A stretch of DNA of 64,000 nucleotides from Victivallales bacterium (GCA_045589595.1 JAZNPK010000011.1:341-64340); one strand, 5' to 3'. Positions 36,148 to 45,911 are shown, counted from the stretch's first letter. A program made the numbers and translations. The notes: a model not told the origin generated them from the letters alone.

Positions 36148-37170
36148 ATGAAAAAGCGTATGACCGTGCGTGAAATTGCCGCAATGGCGGGTGTTTCCGC
36201 AGCGACAGTTTCCCGGATCCTCAACGGTTCGGATGTGGTGTCGGATGTGAAACGCCGGAAGGTGTTTCAGATATTGGATTCACTCGGCAGTCATGCGCCC
36301 CGGCGCCGCGGCGGACCGGATCCCGGCGGGAATATCGGCGTGCTGCTGCTGCCCGGATGTGAGGCGGATCCCCGGGTGATCCTGAATAAATTGCGGGGGA
36401 TCACGGAACTTCTGCCCCGGAAATGGAATCTGCAGCTTCTGCCGGCGGATCTGCATCCGCAGGAACTGGAATCCCGGCATCTGCGCGGCGGACTGGCAGG
36501 TTTGCTGTTGATCGGACACGATGTGGAGGACCGGGATCATGAGCAGGTCCTCGCCCACATTCCCCATGTGTGGCTGAACAGTTACCGCACAAAAGCGGGA
36601 CAGCGTTCCGTGCTGATGGGCAATGAATTTGCGGGGCGCATTGCCGCCCGTTATCTGTTGGGGCAGGGATGCGGAAAAACCGTGTGTCTCTCCATAGCCA
36701 GTCTGAATCCGGGATTCCCTGCCCGTCTGGACGGGTTCCGGTTTGAATTTTTTGCACGGGCGAAACATTTGAAATGCGGCATGGTCCGTCTCCGTCTGCC
36801 GGAAGGGGCGGTACTGGAAAATTGTACGGAGGAAGAACTGGAATCCGTGTTCAATCGCCGGATCATGAAACAGATCCGTGCCGCTGATGGTATATTTTCG
36901 CCGGAAGACCGGTTGACTGCGGTGCTGCACCGCGTGCTCCGGCGTGACGGCTGTTCGGCGCCGGAGGAATTTCCCCGGATCGTATCCTGCAACCGGACGA
37001 ATGAATATCTGACAGGTCTTTATCCCCGCCCCGCCTCGATCGATATGGGCGCGCGGACCGGAGCTGAACTCGGTCTGGAGGAACTTTTCCGGCGTATTGC
37101 CGGGGAAACATGCAGATCCGATGATGTGGCAGTGATCGCGGCACCGCATCTGGTCAACGGAGATGATTGA
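36148..37170 (+). CDS. LacI-family transcriptional regulator
   Basis: 340 aa. N-terminal HTH is MTVREIAAMAGVSAATVSRILNG. Confidence 0.9.
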   Translation: MKKRMTVREIAAMAGVSAATVSRILNGSDVVSDVKRRKVFQILDSLGSHAPRRRGGPDPGGNIGVLLLPGCEADPRVILNKLRGITELLPRKWNLQLLPADLHPQELESRHLRGGLAGLLLIGHDVEDRDHEQVLAHIPHVWLNSYRTKAGQRSVLMGNEFAGRIAARYLLGQGCGKTVCLSIASLNPGFPARLDGFRFEFFARAKHLKCGMVRLRLPEGAVLENCTEEELESVFNRRIMKQIRAADGIFSPEDRLTAVLHRVLRRDGCSAPEEFPRIVSCNRTNEYLTGLYPRPASIDMGARTGAELGLEELFRRIAGETCRSDDVAVIAAPHLVNGDD

Positions 37171-37255
37171 ACCGGAGCGCGCTTTGACAAATCCCGGCGG
37201 AAAGACTGCATTAACTGCAATATTTAAAAACAACATACCGGAAAGGAATGAATCC

Positions 37256-38083
37256 ATGACAAAACAAAACCGTTATCTCATGTTCGGAGCGCATCCGGAT
37301 GACTGCGATATCAAGTTCGGCGGAACGGCTGCCCGGCTGATCCGGGCGGGACACCTTGTGAAATTTGTATCCGTTTGCAACGGCGATTGCGGACACCATG
37401 TCATATCCGGTGAAGAACTTGCCCGCCGCCGGTACGGAGAAACGCAGGCGGTCAAAGAAACAGCAGGTCTTTATGAATATGATGTGATGCTGGAAAATCA
37501 CGATTGCGAACTGATGCCGACGGTGGAAAACCGTAAAAAAGTCATCCGCATCATCCGTGAGTTCAAGCCCGATGTGGTTCTGGGACACCGTCTGTGTGAT
37601 TATCACGCGGACCACCGTGCCGCCGCTCAGCTGGTGCAGGATGCGGCATACCTGACGCAAGTCCCCGCGTTCTGTCCGGATGCGCCCATTCCGGAAGTCA
37701 ATCCTGTGTTCGGATGTGTCTGGGATGCCTTTACCGATCCGCGCCCCATCCGCCCCGATGCGGCAGTGATCATCGACGATGTGCTGGATGAGAAATGCCG
37801 GATGCTGGATTGTCATGTTTCTCAGGTGTATGAATTTCTTTCGTGGGAGATCAGCAAAAAAGAATTTGACACATCCGCGAGCTGGGAGGAAAAGAAAGCC
37901 TATCTGCTTTTCAACTGGGGCAAACGTTTCAAACAGGCGGCTGATGACAACCGGGCGGCTCTGATCGAAATTTTCGGAGAAGAAGTTGGCAGAGCGGCAG
38001 AATATGCAGAATTTTTTGAATATTCGCCTTACGGCAGAAAGATCAGCCTTTCTGAGTTCAGAGATCTGATGCTTGGCAGATAA
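37256..38083 (+). CDS. PIG-L / LmbE-family deacetylase
   Basis: Start at ATG 37256 (SD GAAAGGAA). Carries LMFGAHPDDCDIKFGG. Confidence 0.85.
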   Translation: MTKQNRYLMFGAHPDDCDIKFGGTAARLIRAGHLVKFVSVCNGDCGHHVISGEELARRRYGETQAVKETAGLYEYDVMLENHDCELMPTVENRKKVIRIIREFKPDVVLGHRLCDYHADHRAAAQLVQDAAYLTQVPAFCPDAPIPEVNPVFGCVWDAFTDPRPIRPDAAVIIDDVLDEKCRMLDCHVSQVYEFLSWEISKKEFDTSASWEEKKAYLLFNWGKRFKQAADDNRAALIEIFGEEVGRAAEYAEFFEYSPYGRKISLSEFRDLMLGR

Positions 38084-38092
38084 AATTGTGAT

Positions 38093-38119
38093 GCCCGCCC
38101 TGCACAGATCGGGGCGGGC
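38093..38119 (+). terminator. GC-rich hairpin, probable terminator after the PIG-L gene
   Basis: GCCCGCCC-N11-GGGCGGGC. The T-run begins only about 15 nt downstream, so this is not a textbook terminator. Confidence 0.5.
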
Positions 38120-38259
38120 GGTGATGTAAAAATTTGATTTTTTCAAAAACGGGGGCCTCTTTTTCGCGAAAATATCTGTCTAACAAATAATCTGTATTGC
38201 GGCAGAGGGAGCCGCATTAAGCACAAAAGTAACGCAAAAAAGAGAGGGGGGAAGTTCTT

Positions 38260-38883
38260 ATGAAAGGACTGACAGGCAAACAAAAAAAGATCGTGGAATT
38301 CATCCGTGAATTTACCGGAGTCATGGGGATGGCGCCGACGATTTATGAGATCGCGGAACATTTCGGGATCAAGACATCCACAGTATTTGCTCACATCCGC
38401 GCCCTGCAGAAGAAATCCGTACTTCAGCGCAGTTCCAAAGCACGCAGCATCAGCCTGATGAAAAGCGGCAAACGCTCCCGCGTTCCCGCCGGTGCGCAGA
38501 CGGTGCCGGTTCTGGATTCGGCATCTCTGACGGAAAATCCGGTACCCGGCAAGGAATTGATCTGCGATTCCCGTCTGTTCAGCCGCACTGTCGGGGAGAA
38601 AGATGTTTTTGCGCTCCATGTCACAGGATCGTCTTTTGAACCGCTGGGGATCTTTGACGGTGACATGCTTCTGCTCCGGAAACCTGCCGGTTCGCCGGTC
38701 CTCAAAGGTGATCTTCTGTTGACGGAAGACCCGGACGGAAAAGGAGTTCTCTGCAGCTGTCTGAACAACCGGAACGGAGTTTGTGAACTGAAAACAGGTT
38801 CAGCGGGCAAACCGAGTTTCCTGATCCCTCAGAATGAATTGCCCCTCCGCGGTGTTGTGATCGGTCTCCAGCGCAGTATGTAA
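38260..38883 (+). CDS. lexA: LexA repressor
   Basis: 207 aa. The N-terminal winged HTH aligns by eye with E. coli LexA. RVPAGAQ corresponds to RVAAGEP (cleavage site). GSSFEPLGIFDGDMLLL corresponds to GMSMKDIGIMDGDLLAV (catalytic Ser). Confidence 0.8.
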   Translation: MKGLTGKQKKIVEFIREFTGVMGMAPTIYEIAEHFGIKTSTVFAHIRALQKKSVLQRSSKARSISLMKSGKRSRVPAGAQTVPVLDSASLTENPVPGKELICDSRLFSRTVGEKDVFALHVTGSSFEPLGIFDGDMLLLRKPAGSPVLKGDLLLTEDPDGKGVLCSCLNNRNGVCELKTGSAGKPSFLIPQNELPLRGVVIGLQRSM

Positions 38884-38917
38884 GGCGGGACCGGCTCATA
38901 TTTTTTCGTATGAAACC

Positions 38918-38955
38918 TTGACAAATTCCGGCAGTTGTATTACATTAACTGCCGG
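38918..38955 (+). promoter_or_regulatory. Candidate promoter overlapped by a perfect 9-bp inverted repeat (operator-like)
   Basis: TTGACA (38918-38923), 17 nt, TACATT (38941-38946). The repeat CCGGCAGTT (38928-38936), N10, AACTGCCGG (38947-38955) covers the spacer and -10. Confidence 0.45.
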
Positions 38956-39042
38956 GATCTGTCTCTGCCTGATAAGCGTAAGCATTATGAGGGAGGACGA
39001 TACCGCGCATTCGCGTGCGCGAAAAGAACAGGAGAAACGACG

Positions 39043-39306
39043 ATGCTGAAAGTATATAAAACGGTGTGGTGTCCGCATTGCAGCGCCACGATTGATTTTC
39101 TGCGGGATCACAACATTCCATTTGAAATGATCGATATGGATCATGTGGACCCGGAACTGGAAGCAAGGATCGTGGAAGTGAACGGCGGAGAAGACTGGGT
39201 GGTGCCGACTCTGGAATACAGGGGAAAATGGCGTCCCGGCGAAGTCTTCAACGCAGAAAAATTGCATGAAGACTTGAAGAAACTTGGAATCCATATCCCG
39301 TGTTGA
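39043..39306 (+). CDS. Glutaredoxin-like thioredoxin-fold protein (CPHC active site)
   Basis: Start at ATG 39043 (SD AGGAGAAA). 87 aa, beginning MLKVYKTVWCPHCSATIDFL. Confidence 0.75.
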   Translation: MLKVYKTVWCPHCSATIDFLRDHNIPFEMIDMDHVDPELEARIVEVNGGEDWVVPTLEYRGKWRPGEVFNAEKLHEDLKKLGIHIPC

Positions 39307-40490
39307 TCATTTGTCCAGCCTGCCGGAAACGCTCGGAGATCGAACACGCAGAACACGGCTGTCATGTCGAATGTGTCTGCGGGCATCATTTTGATCTTGA
39401 TGAAAAGACGATCCTGTGCGAATTTACGCAGGTGGACGACCCGCCGCCGCTCCGGATCGGACCTTATCCCATTGAAGGTCTTATCGGGTGCGGCGGTATG
39501 GGTAAAGTCTTCAAGGGGACCCATCCTCAACTGGGACTGCCGGTGGCGGTGAAAGTTCTGCGTCAGGAATACGCCCGGAACGACTCCCAGCGGGAACGCT
39601 TTATCAAATCGGCACGGATCTGTGCCAAACTTTCCCATCCGAATATCGTCCGGGTCTATGACTTCGGATTCGATGAAAACGGCGCACCTTATCTGGTGCT
39701 GGAATATATCGGCGGCGGCACATTCCAGAATGCACTTCACGAACGGGGAAAACTGAGTGCCGTCCGGACAGCTGAAGTGGGTGCATCTGCCGCCTGTGCG
39801 CTGGGCGAAGCCAATAAACTCGGCATCGTTCACCGTGACATCAAGCCGGATAATATCATGCTGGACAACGAAGGTGTCTGCAAACTTTCCGACCTCGGTC
39901 TGGCGAAAATCGATCTTCACGAAAAGGGCATCCGCGCCCAACAGAATTATTCCGGATCGGAAACCGCTTATTTTACCGGACTCGGCACTCCGGAATATGC
40001 CGCTCCGGAACAGACGCTCGACGCACAGAACTGTGATATCCGGGCAGATATTTATGCGCTGGGCGTTACGATGTATCAACTCGTGACCGGAAAGTTGCCT
40101 TATGATTCCCACGATGCATCCAAACTGCAGGTGATGCGGTTGATCCCGCCGCTGCCGCCTTCTGCTGTCGTGGCGGATATCCCGGCGGAACTGGATATGG
40201 TGATCATGCGTTGTCTGGAGGCGGATCCGGAAAAACGGTATCAGACACCGGAGGCTCTGCGGGCTGATCTGGAGGCGTTTCTCTTCCATCTGCCTCTGCC
40301 GTCTCAGACGGATGCTGCGGAAGACGCGGAGCCGGTCCCCTGCGATCGGGTGCAGCGGATCAATATCCTGCTGTTTCTGCTTCTGCTGGTGACATTGATC
40401 TGCATGATCTTCTGGATCATTTATTTCAATCGGGACCGTTCCGGTTCGATCCCGCCGGTGGAACCCGATCCCATTGAACTGCACGAATAA
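39300..40490 (+). CDS. Ser/Thr protein kinase with N-terminal zinc ribbon and C-terminal TM anchor
   Basis: CPAC...CVCGHH ribbon. Kinase motifs GCGGMGKV, VAVKVL, HRDIKPDN and GTPEYAAPE. The hydrophobic tail is ILLFLLLLVTLICMIFWIIYF. The GTG/TTG start overlaps the upstream stop. Confidence 0.9.
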   Translation: MLIICPACRKRSEIEHAEHGCHVECVCGHHFDLDEKTILCEFTQVDDPPPLRIGPYPIEGLIGCGGMGKVFKGTHPQLGLPVAVKVLRQEYARNDSQRERFIKSARICAKLSHPNIVRVYDFGFDENGAPYLVLEYIGGGTFQNALHERGKLSAVRTAEVGASAACALGEANKLGIVHRDIKPDNIMLDNEGVCKLSDLGLAKIDLHEKGIRAQQNYSGSETAYFTGLGTPEYAAPEQTLDAQNCDIRADIYALGVTMYQLVTGKLPYDSHDASKLQVMRLIPPLPPSAVVADIPAELDMVIMRCLEADPEKRYQTPEALRADLEAFLFHLPLPSQTDAAEDAEPVPCDRVQRINILLFLLLLVTLICMIFWIIYFNRDRSGSIPPVEPDPIELHE

Positions 40491-40522
40491 AAACTGAGAT
40501 CCCGGAACGGAGGAATGTTGAA

Positions 40523-41452
40523 ATGAAAAAAATCTGTGTTGCCGGACTGAATCCTTCATGGCAGAAGACCCTGATATTTGAACATTTTGAACGGGGCGGC
40601 ATCAACCGGGCATCGTCTATGGAAATGATGCCGTCGGGAAAGGGGATCAACTTCGCCCGGGCGGTGAAAAATTGGGGTCTGGCGGAATGTACGGTATTTC
40701 AATTTCTTGCAGGAGATGCCGGAAAACGGGTGCGGAAGGGATTGTGGCAGGAAAAAATCGCCAATATCAGCGTGGAGACGCCGGGCGAAACGCGGACCTG
40801 CACAACGGCGCTTTCCGCTTCAGATCAGGTGATGACCGAACTGATCGAACCCGCTCCGGCGGTCCCGCCCATGGAAGCCGCCGCCCTGTTTGAATCCTGT
40901 TGTGCCGCGATCCCGTCGGCGGATGCTCTGGCGGTCTGCGGGACTTATCCGCCCGGGATCAATGAATTTTTTTATGCGCGGACCGCTGCCAAAGCGCGGG
41001 AACACGGCAAATTCATTCTGGTGGACGCATTCAAAAATACCGGTCCGTTGCTGGAAGATGGTGCCGATCTGCTCAAAATCAATCTGGATGAACTCCGGGA
41101 ACTGACCGGAAAAGAGGATCCGGCAGAAGCGTTCCGTACCTGTTTTGAACAATATGCCATCCGTTTTCTGGCGGTGACAGACGGTCCTGCCGGTGCGTGG
41201 TTTGCCGGTCGCAGCGACGGACAGTTGTACCGGATCTCCGTTCCCGATGTGAAAGTGGTCAACCCCATCGGTTCGGGTGACACCTGTTCCGGCGTGACGC
41301 TTTCCTGTATTCTTGACGGACTCGATCCGCTGGAGGCGTTCCGGCAGGGACTTGCCGCCGCTACGGCAAACTGTATGACTCTCCTGCCCGCCTGTTTTGA
41401 AAAAGATCAGGCGCTCGCCCTGTTGGATGAATTCACCGTTTCGGCTGTCTGA
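40523..41452 (+). CDS. PfkB-family sugar kinase (1-phosphofructokinase / tagatose-6-phosphate-kinase-like)
   Basis: 309 aa with LNPSWQKT, GKGINFA and GSGDT motifs. Confidence 0.85.
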   Translation: MKKICVAGLNPSWQKTLIFEHFERGGINRASSMEMMPSGKGINFARAVKNWGLAECTVFQFLAGDAGKRVRKGLWQEKIANISVETPGETRTCTTALSASDQVMTELIEPAPAVPPMEAAALFESCCAAIPSADALAVCGTYPPGINEFFYARTAAKAREHGKFILVDAFKNTGPLLEDGADLLKINLDELRELTGKEDPAEAFRTCFEQYAIRFLAVTDGPAGAWFAGRSDGQLYRISVPDVKVVNPIGSGDTCSGVTLSCILDGLDPLEAFRQGLAAATANCMTLLPACFEKDQALALLDEFTVSAV

Positions 41453-42468
41453 TGCGTGATTTTGAGAATGATGTGATCCGTGCTGCGATCGCCGGACATC
41501 CATTGCCGGTGACAGATTTTTCCTGGTCGGCGGGACGCGATAAACTGTTCCGTTTCTGCAAACGGGCATATTTCATCCGTTATCATCTGGCGCAAGGCGG
41601 CTGGAACCGTTACGCCCATACACTTGTCCGTTACGCTTATTTTGAAAAACATCTGCCGGACCGTGATCTCTTTTTGAGTTCCCGGTTTGAACGTGCAGTG
41701 GCGGAAGCAGTGCGCGATGTGCGGCATCTGCATCTTGCGCCGGAAAAGATCCGGGAGGAATTTGCCCGCAGCCTCATGCGTCATCTGGAAGCGGCAATGC
41801 GCCGTCTCCGTAACGGATTGGAAAATCAACAGTATTTCACCGATCCGAAACTGCCCGGATTGCTGGAGGCGTATCATTACGAGGAGGGATACCGCGACGC
41901 GGGCGGGATCATCCGGTCACTTGCGCCTCAGTTCGGGGCTGCGTATATGGAATTACTGAAGTCCGGTTTCACCCGTTTGCCGGAAAAATTACTGCCCGGT
42001 GATTGGCGGCTGGATGAGGAATTTCTGCGTTTTCCGTGGCACGATACATTTCCCGTCTGGCTCCATGGCGGGATCCGGACCATGCAGCCCGGAACTGCCG
42101 TGATGTATCATTTCAATGCCGATCCGGAAACGGAACTGCCGGATCTTCTGATCCAGGCTGCCTTGTGGCGACATTATGCCGGAACTGTATTCCACGGACG
42201 CAAAGCCGCATTTTATGTGTTTCAGATGACCGGCGGGAATATGGGATTGAGTCCGGATCTTCTGGCTGATCCCGCCACAGAACAGGTTCCGCTGGCAGAT
42301 CTGATCGATGCCGGAAGTGCAGGGATGCTTGCGCTCACCCGGCCCGACGGATGTGTGGCGATGGCAGACTTTCCGCCGGAGCCGATGCTGCCGGATTCCT
42401 GTTCAAAATGCCGTTTCCGCAGAACCTGCCGCGGGATCCTGGACGCTGTCAGAAACGGGCGGATCTGA
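41452..42468 (+). CDS. Hypothetical protein with a Cas4/AddB-like Fe-S cysteine arrangement (PD-(D/E)XK-like)
   Basis: 338 aa. N-terminal FRFCKRAYFIRY plus C-terminal CSKCRFRRTC (C-X2-C-X5-C) mimic the RecB-family nuclease cluster. I could not find a canonical D...(D/E)xK by eye. Confidence 0.45.
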   Translation: MRDFENDVIRAAIAGHPLPVTDFSWSAGRDKLFRFCKRAYFIRYHLAQGGWNRYAHTLVRYAYFEKHLPDRDLFLSSRFERAVAEAVRDVRHLHLAPEKIREEFARSLMRHLEAAMRRLRNGLENQQYFTDPKLPGLLEAYHYEEGYRDAGGIIRSLAPQFGAAYMELLKSGFTRLPEKLLPGDWRLDEEFLRFPWHDTFPVWLHGGIRTMQPGTAVMYHFNADPETELPDLLIQAALWRHYAGTVFHGRKAAFYVFQMTGGNMGLSPDLLADPATEQVPLADLIDAGSAGMLALTRPDGCVAMADFPPEPMLPDSCSKCRFRRTCRGILDAVRNGRI

Positions 42469-42661
42469 CCGGAAGAAAATTCAGACCGGGGACTGTGGTC
42501 AGATTCAGATGGTTTGAATGCGTTGTGTCTGTTGTGTTTGCGCCGGAAAAAGTCCATCTTTTTCCCCGATTCCTGCAAATCATACCTTGACATTTAAATC
42601 ATATAATGTTAAGTTAGAGCCGTCATAAAAAATTTAAAGTTTTGAAAGGATTTATCCCGGT

Positions 42662-43552
42662 ATGATTTACGACAGCCACATTCATTTGATGCCGTTCAAA
42701 AATGATACACCCGCACAATTCCGCGAAAAAGCCCATTCCGTCGGCGTGACCGGCGGTCTGATCCTCAGTCTGCCGCCCACAGATACACTGTTCTGGAAGG
42801 GGACTCAGCCCCCCACCTGGCAGGAACGGATCGCGCATGTGCTTGATTTCTGCGCCGGACTGGAAGGATTTTATCCCTTCTACTGGATCAACCCCACAGA
42901 ACCCGATGCCGCGGCTCAGGTGGAATATGCAAAAAATGCGGGGATCCGCGGACTCAAAGTTCTTTGCAGCACCTATTATCCGGCGGAAGGTCTTGCCGCT
43001 TACCGGAAAGCCGCAGAACTGCGGATGCCCATTCTGTTCCACTCCGGTATTCTCTGGGACGGGATGCCCTCTTCCGATTTCAACCGCCCCTGCAAATTTG
43101 AATGTCTGCTGGATGTGCCGGATGTCCGTTTTGCTCTGGCACATGTGTCATGGCCGTGGACGGATGAATGTATTGCCCTGTTCGGCAAACTCCGTCAGGC
43201 TCACAGTTTGAGAAAAGATGCGCCGGATATGTATGTGGATACCTCCTGGGGCGCAGCCGATATTTTCCGGGATGAGATTTTCCGGAAATTCATCCTTGTC
43301 CGGTACGGCATTGCAGATAAACTGCTTTTTGCCATTGATTCCGAAGCCAATGCCTACAACACTGCGTGGGCAAAGTATATTATCGATTTTGACAGTGCCA
43401 TGTTCCGTCGTCTTCAGCAGCAGTACGGATCCTGGCGCGGGTATGTTTCGCCTCATGCCGCAGAAGTTCCGGACGAAGTGCGCAATCCCTTTGTCAATGC
43501 CTTTGAAAAAGCAACCACGGAAAATATGCTGAATTTCCTGAAACCCTGGTGA
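42662..43552 (+). CDS. Amidohydrolase-2-type TIM-barrel metal-dependent hydrolase
   Basis: 296 aa. N-terminal MIYDSHIHL (HxH), then further His/Asp ligand positions (HSG, LAHVSWPW). Confidence 0.8.
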   Translation: MIYDSHIHLMPFKNDTPAQFREKAHSVGVTGGLILSLPPTDTLFWKGTQPPTWQERIAHVLDFCAGLEGFYPFYWINPTEPDAAAQVEYAKNAGIRGLKVLCSTYYPAEGLAAYRKAAELRMPILFHSGILWDGMPSSDFNRPCKFECLLDVPDVRFALAHVSWPWTDECIALFGKLRQAHSLRKDAPDMYVDTSWGAADIFRDEIFRKFILVRYGIADKLLFAIDSEANAYNTAWAKYIIDFDSAMFRRLQQQYGSWRGYVSPHAAEVPDEVRNPFVNAFEKATTENMLNFLKPW

Positions 43553-45324
43553 TGCCGATGAATTTGAAAAGGAGTTTTTACAAATCATTTGCAGTTGCCG
43601 CGTGCTTTGCCGGCACCATCGCATTATGCGCCCGGAACTGTAAACCGGTCATGGATGCCGACTTCTGTACCGTACCCGGGCAGATCATTTCTCTTTCCGG
43701 ACATAGGATCGGTATCGGAAAACAGGGCAAATATGCCGCAGATAAAAATGCCGTGCGCCTGAACGGGACGAGGGATGCGTATGTTCTGACGCACGGAACA
43801 GTCCTTCAAGCCGATGGGAAAACATTTTCCGGGCTTTTCCGTCTGGCTTATGACGAGCCGGGAATGTTTGAAAATGAACAGCCGGAGATCCGGACCGTCG
43901 GTTTCGGTTCCTTTGAACTGATCATCGGAAAAGGCGGTCTGCCGACCATGCGGCTGTTTGCAAAATCCGGCGATCTGCTCGGACCGGATGTGGTCCTTCA
44001 GGGCAAAACGCCCTTGCAGCCCGGAAAGTTTTACGATTTTGCCTTCCGGTATTCCACAGTGGAACAACTGGCGGAATTTTATATCGACGGCGTTCTTCAG
44101 GACAGCCTCCGTGGTTTTCTCCCCGAACTGAATATCGTTTATCTGGATGCCGGCAGAAAATTTCTCGGCAGGATCGCACGGATCAGATTGTACGACGGTT
44201 TTCTCACCGTGCCGGAAATGAACCCGGTCAAACTGACGGAAACTGAAATCAATACCTACCGCGGCAAACTGCGGGAGATCATCGCCCGGAACGCCAATCC
44301 CTTCCTGACCACCACCGCCCAGTCCATGCTGGAATTGCTCCCCCGGCTGGAAACATACGGCTGTACGGAAGCGGAGCGCGAACTGCTGTTCGACCGTCTG
44401 GAATCCCTCGACCGGGTATCCGATCAGCTCCGGTTCGGCGTTCACAGCTGGATCGTTTCTGCGTTTGATCTGCCGGTTTCCGCGTTGGATGATTTTGATC
44501 CCGACCGCCCCATGGCAAAAGGCAAACGGCCGTTGGACAAACCGTTGCGTCTGGTCATGGCGCAGAATCTCCGCGACCATGTGCCGTTCCTGATCTATCC
44601 CTATGCAAAGATCGGTAAATTTGAACTGAAAGCAACGGATCTTGTCAGCAAAGACGGCAAACAGAAGATCCCGTCGGATGCCGTCCGGATCTCTGTGCTT
44701 CAGCATGGTTTTTACAATCCCGCCGACGCGGACCGCCTCGGTCATATTCGCCGGTTTGCGCCCCTCTCTTCCAGCGTCCTGATCCCCCTCCGGTTCACCA
44801 CAGATCCCGATGCCGTCCGCGTGGATATTGCCCGCCGGTACAACGAAACGGCGATCCTGTATCCCGATGGCGAAAAAGCGTATCTGCGTGAAGGAACAAT
44901 GGAGCTGCCCCGGAGATTTTTCCAGTCTGCCCCGGCAACATTGAAAGAGGTGGAGTTCGATGCTCCGTTCCGCCCCCAAGTCTTTCTGGCGGAAGTCACG
45001 GCGAACAACGCCCCTGCCGGTCTGTACAACGGTACGATCGAACTGTTGGCTGACGGACAACCCGCCGGAGAGATCCCCATTGCGGTCCGCGTTCTGCCGT
45101 TCCGTACCGGAGAGCCGATGCGGACGCTGGAATTCCGTCCCGGTCCCATCCTGACACTGCCGGACAAAGGGACATCCGCGTATCTGGCGTATCTGGTGGA
45201 ACACGGATCCGCAGACGCTAAAAACTGGCTGTCCGGCATCCGGAAGGAACAGGAGGAGGACGAATATCTCCGTCTGAAAGCCATTGAATGGATCCTGAAA
45301 AGTACGCCCGAGGTGAAAAAATGA
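43552..45324 (+). CDS. Hypothetical secreted protein with an N-terminal LamG/concanavalin-like region
   Basis: Signal peptide MPMNLKRSFYKSFAVAACFAGTIALCA. YIDGVL...IRLYDGFL resembles LamG-type lectin folds. The start overlaps the upstream stop (TGATG). Confidence 0.6.
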   Translation: MPMNLKRSFYKSFAVAACFAGTIALCARNCKPVMDADFCTVPGQIISLSGHRIGIGKQGKYAADKNAVRLNGTRDAYVLTHGTVLQADGKTFSGLFRLAYDEPGMFENEQPEIRTVGFGSFELIIGKGGLPTMRLFAKSGDLLGPDVVLQGKTPLQPGKFYDFAFRYSTVEQLAEFYIDGVLQDSLRGFLPELNIVYLDAGRKFLGRIARIRLYDGFLTVPEMNPVKLTETEINTYRGKLREIIARNANPFLTTTAQSMLELLPRLETYGCTEAERELLFDRLESLDRVSDQLRFGVHSWIVSAFDLPVSALDDFDPDRPMAKGKRPLDKPLRLVMAQNLRDHVPFLIYPYAKIGKFELKATDLVSKDGKQKIPSDAVRISVLQHGFYNPADADRLGHIRRFAPLSSSVLIPLRFTTDPDAVRVDIARRYNETAILYPDGEKAYLREGTMELPRRFFQSAPATLKEVEFDAPFRPQVFLAEVTANNAPAGLYNGTIELLADGQPAGEIPIAVRVLPFRTGEPMRTLEFRPGPILTLPDKGTSAYLAYLVEHGSADAKNWLSGIRKEQEEDEYLRLKAIEWILKSTPEVKK

Positions 45325-45911
45325 GACATATTTTCCTGCTGATCCTGCTGCTGTTCACCGCACTTCCTCTTGCCGCAGCAGAAAAAGAATATCTGATCCA
45401 CATCAATTCGGCGGATATCCTGATACCGCCCCTCCGGACCGTGTCTGCTGATACATTCGCCCTCATGTTTGAGTGTGCCGGAAAGCCTTTCACCGGGGTG
45501 TTGCCTGAATTGCTCATCGCCCCCGGCAGCGTGGACGAAACGGGATTTCTCCGTGCCGATCTCGCCGCCATGAATCCGGCGGAAACGCCTTATTCTGTGG
45601 AGGTTTCCCGCCGTCCTGTGATCACGGACGGAAAAGAGACCGGGACGGTGTTCCGGTTCACGATCCCGTGGCAGAAGATGCTGCCCTGGTGCAAAAGCGA
45701 TCCCGCCCTGCGTTTCCGGTTGAAACTTGACGGCATAACATATTCCGGACGGATCATGCTGCCTGCCGGTCATCTGCAGAAAATATTTGTCCGGAAAGCA
45801 GTTACGGCGGAAAAAACAGGATCTGCCGCCGCATCCCGTCTTCCCCGTCAGGAAGAAATAAACCGGATCCTTGATGACTTGTTTACGGAGAAAGGAGCCG
45901 GAACAAAATGA
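45321..45911 (+). CDS. Hypothetical secreted protein
   Basis: Start at ATG 45321 (ATGA overlap). Signal peptide MRHIFLLILLLFTALPLAAA. No motif recognised. Confidence 0.6.
   Translation: MRHIFLLILLLFTALPLAAAEKEYLIHINSADILIPPLRTVSADTFALMFECAGKPFTGVLPELLIAPGSVDETGFLRADLAAMNPAETPYSVEVSRRPVITDGKETGTVFRFTIPWQKMLPWCKSDPALRFRLKLDGITYSGRIMLPAGHLQKIFVRKAVTAEKTGSAAASRLPRQEEINRILDDLFTEKGAGTK

Noticed and set aside
38084-38259. LexA first looked non-cleavable. I also looked for an SOS box upstream of lexA (ATCTGT-N10-ATCTGT at 38174-38195; ATCTGTCT recurs at 38957).
   Set aside because: On re-alignment, RVPAGAQ matches the RVAAGEP cleavage loop and the catalytic Ser context is conserved, so the protein looks canonical. 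No CTGT-N8-ACAG, GAAC-N4-GTTC or TGTTC-N4-GAACA type palindrome is present. The short direct repeat and the shared 8-mer are within chance expectation for 64 kb.
42587-42607. Perfect TTGACA and perfect TATAAT hexamers upstream of the amidohydrolase operon
   Set aside because: They are only 9 bp apart, so they cannot act together as a -35/-10 pair. TTGACA-17-TAAGTT is the only workable combination and it is weak, so I did not list a promoter.
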